Shown here in pieces: positions 23,440-32,112 of a stretch of 40,178 nucleotides of DNA. Under the pieces are notes generated by a model that saw only the letters and a program-made list of their open reading frames with translations, did not search any database and was not told the origin of the DNA. Both the position numbers and the translations under genes were made by a program. The DNA comes from a virus: positions 1-40,178 of IMG/VR virus record IMGVR_UViG_3300034136_000001. One strand, 5' to 3'. Position 1 is the stretch's first letter. Each line of letters opens with the position of its first letter.

Positions 23440-24219
23440 TTAGTAGAGCCTCTTTTGGTACTTGCTCTGGAAGTTATACACCTCCTCGATTGAGCGCAGG
23501 CAGCCGCGTAACGACGCCTGTGGGCGCAGTAAATCGCGGGCGCTTTCATGCTCCAGTTTAGCCATGAATATATGGTAATCGAAGTCAGGGTTACTAGAGA
23601 ACAATTGCTTAAATGCGTTTGCCATCGGCGAGTTCATCTTGACGTGCGTTCGAGTGATTATAGAATCAAGCTGTTGCAGCCATTTGCGTGATTTTTCCAG
23701 ATCATCTATCTCAAAGTCGCCACGCCGGAAATCCAGCTCGATATTGCCGCCACGCTTGCCGACCAGGTAGAGCCGCAAAATGCTTGGGGCGATACGGTGG
23801 AACTCACTGTGCAACCGGACGAATGTTTTGTAGTCCTCTCGGCCGCTATCGGCATAGCTGCGGGCGAAGTCCATGAGTGTCCAGCGTTTCTGGGTCGTGT
23901 TAAGGCTCCTGGTGTCGTCCAGAGCAATTCCGGGCGTCAATATGTAATAGAGCGGTACGCCAAGCTCCTGTGCGGCCATATGACGGTGCTGGCCGTCGAT
24001 AATGTAGTAGTGTTCATTAACCGATATCGGATTAGTTGCCAGCAAATGCGGGTTGGCTTTCATTTCAGCCTTAAGCCGTTTGACATGGTTATAGTCAATA
24101 GGGCGGTTGCCGCCCATCAGCTTGAACATGGCATATATAGTAGTAACTTCGATTTTTGGCGGTACGATACCGCTAGTGGTTGTTGTTTTGGTGGTGATTG
24201 GGGCCTGTGTTCCCATCAT
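23440..24219 (-). CDS. ParB-like nuclease-domain protein
   Basis: A 259-aa ORF with RBS AGGAAG. It contains the ParB/Srx-type N-terminal domain motif YYIIDGQHRHMAAQELG, preceded by GGNRPIDYNHVKRL. Confidence 0.7.
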   Translation of the reverse strand: MMGTQAPITTKTTTTSGIVPPKIEVTTIYAMFKLMGGNRPIDYNHVKRLKAEMKANPHLLATNPISVNEHYYIIDGQHRHMAAQELGVPLYYILTPGIALDDTRSLNTTQKRWTLMDFARSYADSGREDYKTFVRLHSEFHRIAPSILRLYLVGKRGGNIELDFRRGDFEIDDLEKSRKWLQQLDSIITRTHVKMNSPMANAFKQLFSSNPDFDYHIFMAKLEHESARDLLRPQASLRGCLRSIEEVYNFQSKYQKRLY

Positions 24220-24221
24220 AA

Positions 24222-24782
24222 TTATTCTTCCTGCTTATCTTTAATATTATCTTTGTCAGCCGGCGGAGTGTCCGTCGCTGGCGCGGTTACTTTCTTCTTA
24301 AACTGCGACCGCCCCCACTCTTTATCGCGGTTAGCAGCCAATGTGAAGAACGTATAGGTCGAGCCGTCGTTTTGCACGTCGTCCTCGATGGTGTATTGTG
24401 CTAGTAATCCCTCTTTCATCAGAGAGCGCACAGCAATCATAGTATCGTGGGTAGCATAGCCCATAGTCCAGTTGGAGAGGTAATTTTCTTCCAAATCCTG
24501 TTCTTTTTTGGCTAGTTTCTGAAATGAGTACACCAACATATCCTTGAGGTTTTCGATACGTTCGCCAAACTCCCATTTTTGGGGAGCTGATAACGCCCGC
24601 ACCGCACCCTCGTCTTTGTCCGGCTCGCTAATCCAGCCTAATTCTGTGGCGTACCAGATAGCCGTGTTGATCTCGACACCGGGCATTTCCATCAGATTGA
24701 TGATTTCGGTTAGGTTTCGCTCCGGGTACTCCTGGATTAGATAGGCGACCTTATTTGCATTTTCGAGCATTATGTTTCTCAT
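24222..24782 (-). CDS. Hypothetical early protein
   Basis: I chose the ATG at 24782, which lies 6 nt after AGGAGG and overlaps the upstream TAA (TAATG), instead of the TTG at 24788 used in the ORF track. Confidence 0.55.
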   Translation of the reverse strand: MRNIMLENANKVAYLIQEYPERNLTEIINLMEMPGVEINTAIWYATELGWISEPDKDEGAVRALSAPQKWEFGERIENLKDMLVYSFQKLAKKEQDLEENYLSNWTMGYATHDTMIAVRSLMKEGLLAQYTIEDDVQNDGSTYTFFTLAANRDKEWGRSQFKKKVTAPATDTPPADKDNIKDKQEE

Positions 24783-25525
24783 TACCAACCTCCTGTTAAA
24801 TTACTGTCGCTGCGGTCACTACGGACGCCTAATTCGACGCCCTCCGGTATCTCGCCTTTAATATCGTGAAGATTTGTCAAGGCAAAGCCCTCTGTTACAA
24901 GGCCCTCTAAGAGCGCCAGCTCCAAATACTCGAAAAACTCTGGGTCGGGCATTACCCGGACAATCACAAACTTTTTCGTATTGAAGTTCAGCGCGACGTA
25001 ATCACACCACGGTAATTTACTGGCAAATAGCTGTCCCTGTACTTGTTTCCAGTGTTTGTCGGGGATGCCTGAGATCAATACCTCTGTAAAGCTATTATCC
25101 TTAAGGATTTTAACTTCGAGCAGCCCCATAATCTTGCCGGCATTTCTGTCGTTACGAATAACCCTGTCAGGGCTGGCTACGAATACATCGCTGTACCAGC
25201 AACCTACCTCCGCAGGATACCAGCCCTCCGGTAATGTTTCAGCATATTGCTTGGCCGCGTAATCTTCGTAATCAATACCGTCCTGCATGGCGCTGTTGGT
25301 GTAATACTCAAAAGAGGTATTAAACTGGCGTTCAAACATAAGTTCTTTCTCATAGTCGAGCCGGGGCTTGAGTGGTTTTCCCGCGCTGGTTTTAGCTTTG
25401 GATGTGGCCAGCCAGTCCGACAAGCGGGAAGCGGTGATTTTCCCGCGCCGAATAGCGAACCACTCCGGCGACTTTTGGGGTGCGCCGGAATACTCAAATG
25501 TCATGGGTGGAGCAGCATTAAGCAT
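24782..25525 (-). CDS. YqaJ-type (lambda Exo-like) recombination exonuclease
   Basis: It contains the motif SPEWFAIRRGKITASRLSDWLA. I moved the start to the ATG at 25525, which has AAGGAG 7 nt upstream and an ATGCTTAA overlap with the upstream stop. The longer N-terminus in the ORF track overlaps the upstream gene and is Arg/Ser/Pro-rich. Confidence 0.7.
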   Translation of the reverse strand: MLNAAPPMTFEYSGAPQKSPEWFAIRRGKITASRLSDWLATSKAKTSAGKPLKPRLDYEKELMFERQFNTSFEYYTNSAMQDGIDYEDYAAKQYAETLPEGWYPAEVGCWYSDVFVASPDRVIRNDRNAGKIMGLLEVKILKDNSFTEVLISGIPDKHWKQVQGQLFASKLPWCDYVALNFNTKKFVIVRVMPDPEFFEYLELALLEGLVTEGFALTNLHDIKGEIPEGVELGVRSDRSDSNLTGGW

Positions 25526-25850
25526 TGTCAGGCTCCTTGGCCGGCGGGGTAATGTCATAGCCTTTTTTCCGTAAGTCCTCGACAGCCTGCGCCTCGCGCT
25601 GGGCGATGAGCTGGTCTGCCTCCTCTTTGGTAATGGCCATTTCCTTGAGGTCAATGTCCGGGAACGCAAAACCCTGCCGCCAATCAGTGATGACGATATC
25701 GGTTTCCATAAGCGGTTCGCGGAACGCCTCCGGCTTTACTTCCAGATTGATTTTGACCGGGTACTCGCCTTTGTTTAGGCGGCTAGGCATACTCTTGGTC
25801 ATCGCCTTGACGCCGTATCTATCGACCCGGAGCCAGATAGTTTCATTCAT
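25518..25850 (-). CDS. Hypothetical early protein
   Basis: A 110-aa ORF with TAATG coupling to the upstream gene. Confidence 0.5.
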   Translation of the reverse strand: MNETIWLRVDRYGVKAMTKSMPSRLNKGEYPVKINLEVKPEAFREPLMETDIVITDWRQGFAFPDIDLKEMAITKEEADQLIAQREAQAVEDLRKKGYDITPPAKEPDNA

Positions 25851-26233
25851 TATTTGACCTCCGTTACGACCACATTAGAATTGCACGACCACGGCAGCTG
25901 GACGGCAACATACTTGCCAGATGTCACAACCACTTTGATACGCTTATCCTCGGCTGCCCGGTTGACCAATGCGATGTACTTGGAGCCTTTTGGCAGACAG
26001 TAATTGCTGGCATTTTCCTCGGTAACGACGGTGTTCTCCGACGCCCGGACGCTGAATGTGGTTTTGCCACTAATCAGCCGGTCATTCTGGGTGTTGTAGA
26101 CTATGCCGGATACGCGCTCATTCGATGTCTTGAACCGCACGAACAGTACCGCAAAGAAGAATGCCCCGATGAGGAGCAGTATGACTACTGCTCCAAAAAC
26201 TTCGAGTGACCCGTTTTGGTTATGGCGTCGCAT
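25850..26233 (-). CDS. Membrane-anchored hypothetical protein
   Basis: A 127-aa ORF with an N-terminal TM helix (VFGAVVILLLIGAFFFAVLFV). Confidence 0.5.
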   Translation of the reverse strand: MRRHNQNGSLEVFGAVVILLLIGAFFFAVLFVRFKTSNERVSGIVYNTQNDRLISGKTTFSVRASENTVVTEENASNYCLPKGSKYIALVNRAAEDKRIKVVVTSGKYVAVQLPWSCNSNVVVTEVK

Positions 26234-26235
26234 GA

Positions 26236-26817
26236 TTAGAACTTCGCCGGTACGGTGTTAGTTGGCTTGCTGTCATCGGCAGGCTTGTCGCCACCGGGGA
26301 AAATCTTGTCGATGTTCTCACGGCTGATTTCTTCGCCACCGACCTGTTTTGGCATGAGTTCCGGCTTGAGCTTTGGCTCGTAGCCGTAGACGTTGCGGTT
26401 GACGCTCTGGCGCTCATTACCGTCATTGTCAACCCAAGTGCGGGTAGGGTCGAGATACTTGGTAAACCACAGTTCTCCACCGGCCACTTTGGCATTCAGC
26501 AATTCGGCTAATGCAGCGGTGTCGGTACATGCCTCGACTGCCTGGCGCATTTCCTCTTTTGCAGCGTCGTCCTTGCCGTTGTGGACAGCGATTTGCCGCA
26601 GTGTGTTGAATGAATAAGGGGCAGCTTTGCCAGTAAACCAGACGCGGGCAGTATCTTCGATACCATCGGCATTCGTGATTTCCAGGTCAATCCAGTCCCG
26701 GCCGTCATCGGTTTCGCCGTCGGTAGCACCGACCAGTTGGACCTTGCTAATACCATAGGGCAGTTTTTCTGTGAACTCGCGCTCTGCCTTGTCGTCGTCG
26801 TTGAATTGATATGCCAT
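26236..26817 (-). CDS. Hypothetical protein, possibly an ssDNA-binding accessory protein of the Sak4-like ATPase (DUF669-like by context)
   Basis: A 193-aa ORF with an acidic N-terminus, lying downstream of the AAA_24/Sak4-like gene. The call rests on gene context and recollection only. Confidence 0.3.
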   Translation of the reverse strand: MAYQFNDDDKAEREFTEKLPYGISKVQLVGATDGETDDGRDWIDLEITNADGIEDTARVWFTGKAAPYSFNTLRQIAVHNGKDDAAKEEMRQAVEACTDTAALAELLNAKVAGGELWFTKYLDPTRTWVDNDGNERQSVNRNVYGYEPKLKPELMPKQVGGEEISRENIDKIFPGGDKPADDSKPTNTVPAKF

Positions 26818-26821
26818 AAAA

Positions 26822-26959
26822 TTACTCCTCTATCTCAATAATATTTTTAGTATAAGGTTCGACATCGTATTCTGCGTCATGCTGGCGAGCTACGAGTTCC
26901 TCGCCGTAACGGTGGAGCATGATTGTTCCATTCCCGTTGACTATTACCGTCAGGGTCAT
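26822..26959 (-). CDS. 45-aa hypothetical protein
   Basis: It has an ATGA overlap with the stop of the upstream ATPase gene. It fills the gap 26818-26955 and ends 4 nt before the next ATG. It is below the ORF-track cutoff. Confidence 0.4.
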   Translation of the reverse strand: MTLTVIVNGNGTIMLHRYGEELVARQHDAEYDVEPYTKNIIEIEE

Positions 26960-27639
26960 TTCTTGGTAGTCCCGACCTTGACTTTGCGCTGTGGTAGCTC
27001 CCAGCCGGCAGCTCGCAGGAACCCCTCGATTTTCGATAGGTCTGGTTCCCCGGCCATAACTGTTCGCTTACTGACAACCTGGGCGCGGTATTTCTCCCCG
27101 TCATAGCTGGTCAGTATAATCCCATCAGCAAAACGTGTGAACTGGCGAATGGATTTCAACTCACTAGCCAGCACAATGCTCCCCGAAATGTCATCGACCT
27201 GACGTTTCGTATAGGTAAGCACAAGCACGTTTTTCGGAATGGATTGGAGTGTTTCGGCAATAGCGGCCATGCGCTTATTGAATTGCCCGGTCAATTTGCC
27301 GTAGGGTACATCGGTTAGCGCATTTATGGCGACGCCGGTTTCGGTCTGGTAGCTGTCGATGACTGTCTTTTCTACCAGGTCAGCGATACCCTCAATGGTG
27401 TCGATAACCAGCGTGTCGTATTCTTCGGCGGTCGCAAAGTAATACACTGCCTCGCGTACCGTGTCCAGGCTGTCGGCGTCAACGGCGTCCAGTCCAGCTT
27501 TGGCGGCGTTGCCGTCGGTACTGATGAACAGCGGCTTTGGAGCCTTTGCCGCCAACGTCGTCTTGCCGGTCATCGGGTCGCCCATGATGATGAACTTCGA
27601 TGGCGCGGACGGAGTAGCTTTCTTAATGTTGAGTGGCAT
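26956..27639 (-). CDS. Sak4-like / AAA_24 family ATPase, a RecA-related recombination protein
   Basis: A 227-aa ORF with Walker A IIMGDPMTGKTTLA near the N-terminus and Walker B-like YDTLVIDT. The size and layout are typical of phage Sak4 proteins. Confidence 0.65.
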   Translation of the reverse strand: MPLNIKKATPSAPSKFIIMGDPMTGKTTLAAKAPKPLFISTDGNAAKAGLDAVDADSLDTVREAVYYFATAEEYDTLVIDTIEGIADLVEKTVIDSYQTETGVAINALTDVPYGKLTGQFNKRMAAIAETLQSIPKNVLVLTYTKRQVDDISGSIVLASELKSIRQFTRFADGIILTSYDGEKYRAQVVSKRTVMAGEPDLSKIEGFLRAAGWELPQRKVKVGTTKK

Positions 27640-27851
27640 TACTTTCCTCCTCCTAGAGCCTTAATTGATGGGTCTACAGTCGGCGCACCCTTGAGCGGGT
27701 GGTTCAACATGTACTCTTTCATAGCCTTGCGTATCAGGTCGCCCATAGTGGTGTCGTCCAGTTGAGCAAGGTAGTTGTTGACTTCGCCGCCAAAAACGGG
27801 GTCAACTCGCGCACCGATATATCGGTCTTTGACTAATGGTGTCTTTGCCAT
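27639..27851 (-). CDS. Small protein, possibly a ribbon-helix-helix DNA-binding protein
   Basis: A 70-aa ORF with a beta-strand-like IGARVD followed by helices (VNNYLAQL ... MGDLIRKAMKEYM). Confidence 0.35.
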   Translation of the reverse strand: MAKTPLVKDRYIGARVDPVFGGEVNNYLAQLDDTTMGDLIRKAMKEYMLNHPLKGAPTVDPSIKALGGGK

Positions 27852-27854
27852 AAT

Positions 27855-28043
27855 TTATTCCTCGTACTCCAGCGGATTTAGGTAGCGGTCAACGCTCTCT
27901 GCAAATGCCGGAGGTATATTATCTTCCATATTATTCATGTCCTGTTTCATGTGATACCAGCGTATCACGTTGATAGACGTTTTGCAAGTATTTGGTTCGC
28001 CTCCACCCATCACGCGGCCTCCAAAATCTTCTCGGTGTACCAC
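27855..28043 (-). CDS. Hypothetical early protein
   Basis: A 62-aa ORF in the compact operon. It overlaps the SNF2 gene end by 34 nt. Confidence 0.4.
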   Translation of the reverse strand: MVHREDFGGRVMGGGEPNTCKTSINVIRWYHMKQDMNNMEDNIPPAFAESVDRYLNPLEYEE

Positions 28044-29338
28044 TGTTTTTCCTGGAAGTCCGACTTGTTGCGGAGTGCAGCCCAGACATCATTTTCGATG
28101 GTGGCCGGGGCGCACAACAGGTACAGCGTCATTTTCTTCGTCTGACCGTTACGGTTTGTCCGTCCAATGCTTTGTTCGTAATTGCTGTACGAATAAGTTG
28201 GCGAGAAGTAAACGGTAGTCGCAGCATAAGTAAGCTCGATGCCGGTGGAACCACTCTGGTATTGAGCAAGCGTGATAGTGCGTTCAAGTCCCAGCCATTC
28301 ACTCTTTGGGGGTACTTCGTGTTTTTCTCCATCTTGGCGGAATACCTTTCGACCCTTATGGTTTTTCTTAATCATATCCAGGATTTGCTCGCGCTCCCGC
28401 TGGTAGTTGTAGAAGATGACCACATTGTCCGATACACCCTCCAGGAACGTGTCCAGCCATGCCAGCTTGGGCGCGATAATGGATTTCCGCAGCGCGTGTA
28501 GCAAAGCACTAGGGTTATCCAAGAACTTCTCCTCGAAAAAGCGCGATTTCTGCACCTTAATGTAGTCCGGCCCGGGTGGCAGGCGCACGGGAACCACCGT
28601 AATTGGCGGCAAGTCGAGCGCTTTCTGCTTGGATAGAGGTTTGGCGATGGCATTCCATTTGCGCTGCAAATCCTCCTCCATGAAGTAGCCACGGATTTCC
28701 GGGAACCCCCGGTAATTGACCTCATTGACGTACTTTTTCTTGAACTCGGTTTTGTTCTTCACATAACCGAAAATCTTAAAGTAGTTCATGGCGTCAATCC
28801 AGCCGTTCGGCAGTGGTGTGGCGGACAGTCCGATAAAGCAGTTGGCGACGGCGGCAGTTTCATGTATCGCCTTACCAGCCAGTGATTGCGGGTTCTTAGC
28901 CTTGTGTACTTCGTCGGCGATAAGCGCAAAGTGGCCGTGGTTTTTCAGCCAGTCGGCCATGACGCCACGGCTGCCAGTTTCCCGGTACTGCTTGGTGCTG
29001 GCCTTGCGACTATATTTCTCATAGCTGTATACGGCGTATTCAGGCGGTATACGGCCGGCAAAGTATTCTTTGATGTCACGTTCCCAGTCGCCGGTATTGA
29101 CCTTTGAGGCGGGCGCTACGACCAACAGGGGCGCTGGATAGCTGTGCTTATCGTAATGAGCCAGTGACATGAATGTCTTGCCCGTGCCGGTGTCGGCAGC
29201 CATGATGTATTTGGCTGGTATACCCTGTAAATACGTTTTCTGAAAATCATAGAGCGATACGGCCGGCTTGCCGTCCATCGTATTATATTTTAGGCGTTCG
29301 CGGTGATCTTCTTTCCAGCTATTGCGTGTGGCTTTCAT
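28010..29338 (-). CDS. SNF2/DEAD-like superfamily 2 helicase
   Basis: A 442-aa ORF with motif I AADTGTGKT, motif II LIADEVHKAKN, and later LSATPLPNG and QSIGRTNRNGQ. Confidence 0.8.
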   Translation of the reverse strand: MKATRNSWKEDHRERLKYNTMDGKPAVSLYDFQKTYLQGIPAKYIMAADTGTGKTFMSLAHYDKHSYPAPLLVVAPASKVNTGDWERDIKEYFAGRIPPEYAVYSYEKYSRKASTKQYRETGSRGVMADWLKNHGHFALIADEVHKAKNPQSLAGKAIHETAAVANCFIGLSATPLPNGWIDAMNYFKIFGYVKNKTEFKKKYVNEVNYRGFPEIRGYFMEEDLQRKWNAIAKPLSKQKALDLPPITVVPVRLPPGPDYIKVQKSRFFEEKFLDNPSALLHALRKSIIAPKLAWLDTFLEGVSDNVVIFYNYQREREQILDMIKKNHKGRKVFRQDGEKHEVPPKSEWLGLERTITLAQYQSGSTGIELTYAATTVYFSPTYSYSNYEQSIGRTNRNGQTKKMTLYLLCAPATIENDVWAALRNKSDFQEKQWYTEKILEAA

Positions 29339-29784
29339 AATAAATTACTCGCTTTCAATACATTTTTATAGAGTCGTGGCCGCAGTTCGCGGTTAGGCAC
29401 GATGCCGCCGCGCCGACTGCTCATTACGAATCGCCTGCAAGCCTCCAGATCAAGCTCATGGCCTTTGTACCCTGCTGATACCGCGATTGGCCTATCTTCT
29501 AATTCTATACGCCACGTCAGGTCATACGCAAAGAGGCCGTCAGTCAGCCAGGCGTGGACATATGCCTCGTCCATAAATATACCGACACCCTCGCAGTAAC
29601 GATATTTGCCATTACTCGCTATAGCCGCTAGGAGACAGGTAGCAAAACACTCACCTGGTTGGCCATATTCCAGATCATCGGGCAACCGACCAGCCGGAAG
29701 ATATACTTTGCCTTTCCCCGCCCACTCACGGATATAATCGTCGAGTTCGGCCGGTTCACTCGGATTGCTTTTACTAACGCGCAT
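29335..29784 (-). CDS. Hypothetical protein with a possible papain-like Cys/His/Asp arrangement
   Basis: A 149-aa ORF with QPGECFATC ... YVHAWL ... FAYD. The spacing fits a Cys-His-Asp triad, but the family was not identified. Confidence 0.3.
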   Translation of the reverse strand: MRVSKSNPSEPAELDDYIREWAGKGKVYLPAGRLPDDLEYGQPGECFATCLLAAIASNGKYRYCEGVGIFMDEAYVHAWLTDGLFAYDLTWRIELEDRPIAVSAGYKGHELDLEACRRFVMSSRRGGIVPNRELRPRLYKNVLKASNLL

Positions 29785-30032
29785 TACCAGTCCTGCTCCT
29801 CGACGCGCTCGTCGATAACTAGATTGCCATGTGCTATATGCGCCAAAACATAAATCTTCGGTTCGTCGCCGAATAGGGTATCCAACTTCTTTAGTTCGTC
29901 AATCGGTACGGGTATCAGGACTGTCCGGTCACGCGCCTCAGTGTAGGCCATGATTTCGGGTAGTCCGCTCATGCCAGCGCCAAAGAGCGGTCGTTGCAAT
30001 TTCCAAACTTCTAATGTTTTCTTCTTGAACAT
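29784..30032 (-). CDS. Hypothetical early protein
   Basis: An 82-aa ORF with RBS AAGGAA. Its stop overlaps the next start. Confidence 0.5.
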   Translation of the reverse strand: MFKKKTLEVWKLQRPLFGAGMSGLPEIMAYTEARDRTVLIPVPIDELKKLDTLFGDEPKIYVLAHIAHGNLVIDERVEEQDW

Positions 30033-30056
30033 GCCTGTGTTCCTTAGTTAAATTTG

Positions 30057-30269
30057 TTATTTCTGGTGTCCGTCGCACCAATTGTTCAACGCTTCCTGCC
30101 GCTTGCCGCACCAACATTTCTCGATATGCCAATAGCTGCTTTCTTTCCCCGTCATGCGGGTCGGCTCGTCGGTACAGATGAAATAGTGATCGTGCTGCCA
30201 TAGAAACTTAATATATTCCCATTTACTTCGCAACCACCTAACGGCGGCGTTGAGATATTTTTCGCCCAT
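30057..30269 (-). CDS. Hypothetical Cys/His/Trp-rich small protein
   Basis: A 70-aa ORF with RBS GAAAGG 5 nt upstream. Confidence 0.5.
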   Translation of the reverse strand: MGEKYLNAAVRWLRSKWEYIKFLWQHDHYFICTDEPTRMTGKESSYWHIEKCWCGKRQEALNNWCDGHQK

Positions 30270-30390
30270 GTTTGCCTTTCGTTACGAGGATTATTTTGCC
30301 AGTAGCAAGCCCGATGTGTCGGATAATGATTTTGATGACATGTGGCTTTCTAGGGTCACTGTCCAGATATTCGTAGTCGTTACCACTCAT
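30238..30390 (-). CDS. Possible leaderless 50-aa ORF
   Basis: Its ATG at 30390 lies 8 nt after the minus-strand TG-c-TACAAT, the same geometry seen at other promoters here. It overlaps the next gene by 32 nt. The coding status is doubtful. Confidence 0.25.
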   Translation of the reverse strand: MSGNDYEYLDSDPRKPHVIKIIIRHIGLATGKIILVTKGKHGRKISQRRR

Positions 30391-30398
30391 GCTTTAGC

Positions 30399-30408
30399 AT
30401 TGTAGCAC
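30399..30408 (-). promoter_or_regulatory. Extended -10 element GTGCTACAAT on the minus strand
   Basis: The reverse complement of 30399-30408 is the same 10-mer found at 9018-9027, 20935-20944 and 22550-22559. Confidence 0.5.
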
Positions 30409-30412
30409 ATTG

Positions 30413-30868
30413 TTAGTCGTTGGTCGCGTCAGCCTCCAGATCATCTAGGTGAGCGCGTAGCACATCCCAATTAATTCCCTGCTCGGCGTCATGTTTGTCA
30501 TCAGCTATTTTCAGCACCTTACGGGCGGTTTCATCTGACAAGGTACTCTCGCCGTCTTTTTCACAGTTATAGTCACTCAAAGTGTCCATATTGTGCGTAG
30601 TACAGTGATACCAGGTAAGCCCGTCATCCTCACCGTCCGCGCTAATTTGCTCTACGCTACATTCACCCCGCAGGCTTTTAACATCCTCAATAGTCCAGAG
30701 GCTTGCGATGGTGTCGCCGCGCAACATACTATCAATTAATGCTAGTGCCTGATTGGTTGAGTGTGCCTCTGGGCTGTTCTCCGGCAACGTACCCTTACGG
30801 ATAAACAGGCTGCCTCGGATTGCTTTTAAAATATGTTCGCTGAACATGATATTATTCCTCGCTTTCAT
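30413..30868 (-). CDS. Hypothetical early protein
   Basis: A 151-aa ORF with an acidic C-terminal half. Confidence 0.5.
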   Translation of the reverse strand: MKARNNIMFSEHILKAIRGSLFIRKGTLPENSPEAHSTNQALALIDSMLRGDTIASLWTIEDVKSLRGECSVEQISADGEDDGLTWYHCTTHNMDTLSDYNCEKDGESTLSDETARKVLKIADDKHDAEQGINWDVLRAHLDDLEADATND

Positions 30869-31130
30869 TAAATAATCGTTTTACAATATGTGCCTGTGTC
30901 TCGGCATTTAAATCCTCAAAGTGGATACGCTTGCCGAGGTGTTTGCCCTCTAAGCCATAACCCCATTGGCTGTAGGTATGCCCGCCGTCGTTATCGACGC
31001 ACAGCATATCGACTAGCGGCCGAGGGTCGCCATTGGCGGCCATTTGCTCCTGAACCGGCCGATAATCAGTAACGATGCTGTAGCGGTCAACAGTCCGGCC
31101 GCCATTATCGTAAATTGCAGTTATCCTCAT
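30852..31130 (-). CDS. Hypothetical early protein
   Basis: A 92-aa ORF overlapping its neighbours in the operon. Confidence 0.5.
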   Translation of the reverse strand: MRITAIYDNGGRTVDRYSIVTDYRPVQEQMAANGDPRPLVDMLCVDNDGGHTYSQWGYGLEGKHLGKRIHFEDLNAETQAHIVKRLFNESEE

Positions 31131-31396
31131 GCCTTGACTCCATAATCTGCCATGATCTGCTTGCCGCTTTCAGCCTTGAAGCCGTTTTGTTTCAAAAATT
31201 CTTTGATGTGTCGAAGTGTCGTTTGGCTGTAAGTGCCGTAAACTATCGCCTTGCTGCCTTGCGCCCCCATTCGGACGATGCTGGCTACATGAGTGGTGTA
31301 ACTGACCAGCTTTTTAGTAGTACCTATTTCCTCAACTTTCGCCTTGCCGTAAAAGCTGGCGCGGCTGTCATACTGTGTGCTTAATTCGTATGTCAT
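31127..31396 (-). CDS. Hypothetical early protein
   Basis: An 89-aa ORF with a 4-nt start/stop overlap. Confidence 0.5.
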   Translation of the reverse strand: MTYELSTQYDSRASFYGKAKVEEIGTTKKLVSYTTHVASIVRMGAQGSKAIVYGTYSQTTLRHIKEFLKQNGFKAESGKQIMADYGVKA

Positions 31397-31398
31397 AA

Positions 31399-31662
31399 TT
31401 ATCTTTCTGCCCTTTCAAGGCGTTTAGCGTAATATGCTGGCGTATACTTGCCGCCGTCACGCAGCCAGTATTGCCTGATTGATTGCTTCAATTCCAGCAG
31501 CGTCGGCGCTGCTAATTCGTCGATGGCATAAGTATTGCCGTTGTCAATATATGCCCGCCATATGTTCAGTAACCGGCCGTCGCAGTTTTCACCTATATTA
31601 TCTTTTTGGATTGCAAATTGGTAATACCAGCTATGCGGCTCAAATTCTAATGTCATGCTCAT
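31399..31662 (-). CDS. Hypothetical early protein
   Basis: An 87-aa ORF in the compact operon. Confidence 0.5.
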   Translation of the reverse strand: MSMTLEFEPHSWYYQFAIQKDNIGENCDGRLLNIWRAYIDNGNTYAIDELAAPTLLELKQSIRQYWLRDGGKYTPAYYAKRLERAER

Positions 31663-31883
31663 GTCGTCGCCTCTTTAGCTTCTTTGGCCTCGTAATACCG
31701 CAACCAGCGCTCGGCTACGCCCTTGTAATAGGTGTATGCCGATTGGCCGCGCCGTGCGCCCTTGCCCTCTGGCGGTAACACCTGTATCCAGCGCGGCGGA
31801 TCGCCCTGATAATTGATATTAGCCCGTAGTTCCTGTACGCCGTACATCATGCAATCTTTACTGAAAAATACGCGGTATATCAT
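31659..31883 (-). CDS. Hypothetical early protein
   Basis: A 74-aa ORF with a 4-nt overlap. Confidence 0.45.
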   Translation of the reverse strand: MIYRVFFSKDCMMYGVQELRANINYQGDPPRWIQVLPPEGKGARRGQSAYTYYKGVAERWLRYYEAKEAKEATT

Positions 31884-32110
31884 GCCAATGGCTCCAATTC
31901 TGCCAAATGTTTAGCGACCATATCGTTAAATTCAAAACTGATATTGCCGTCCAGATATTCGCCGCAGTCAGAGCAGTAGATACCGTTCGGCGATGGCTGC
32001 CGGTACTCACCGGCTATAAACTCCTTGCTGCCGTCAGACTTCTCAATCTCTATCACATTGCCGAAGATATCGGCGTCAACGGTCATATTGCTTATGTCGC
32101 ATGTAGTCAT
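31880..32110 (-). CDS. Hypothetical early protein
   Basis: A 76-aa acidic ORF with a CSDCGEY motif. Confidence 0.45.
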   Translation of the reverse strand: MTTCDISNMTVDADIFGNVIEIEKSDGSKEFIAGEYRQPSPNGIYCSDCGEYLDGNISFEFNDMVAKHLAELEPLA

Positions 32111-32112
32111 GG

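Noticed and set aside
23018-23549. Minus-strand ORFs 23018..23233 and 23187..23549, and plus-strand ORF 23180..23362, across the RNA operon.
   Set aside because: They run through tRNA-like cloverleaf elements and strongly paired helices. They have no RBS, and their products are Arg/Ser/Gly-rich. The structural RNA signals explain the region better.
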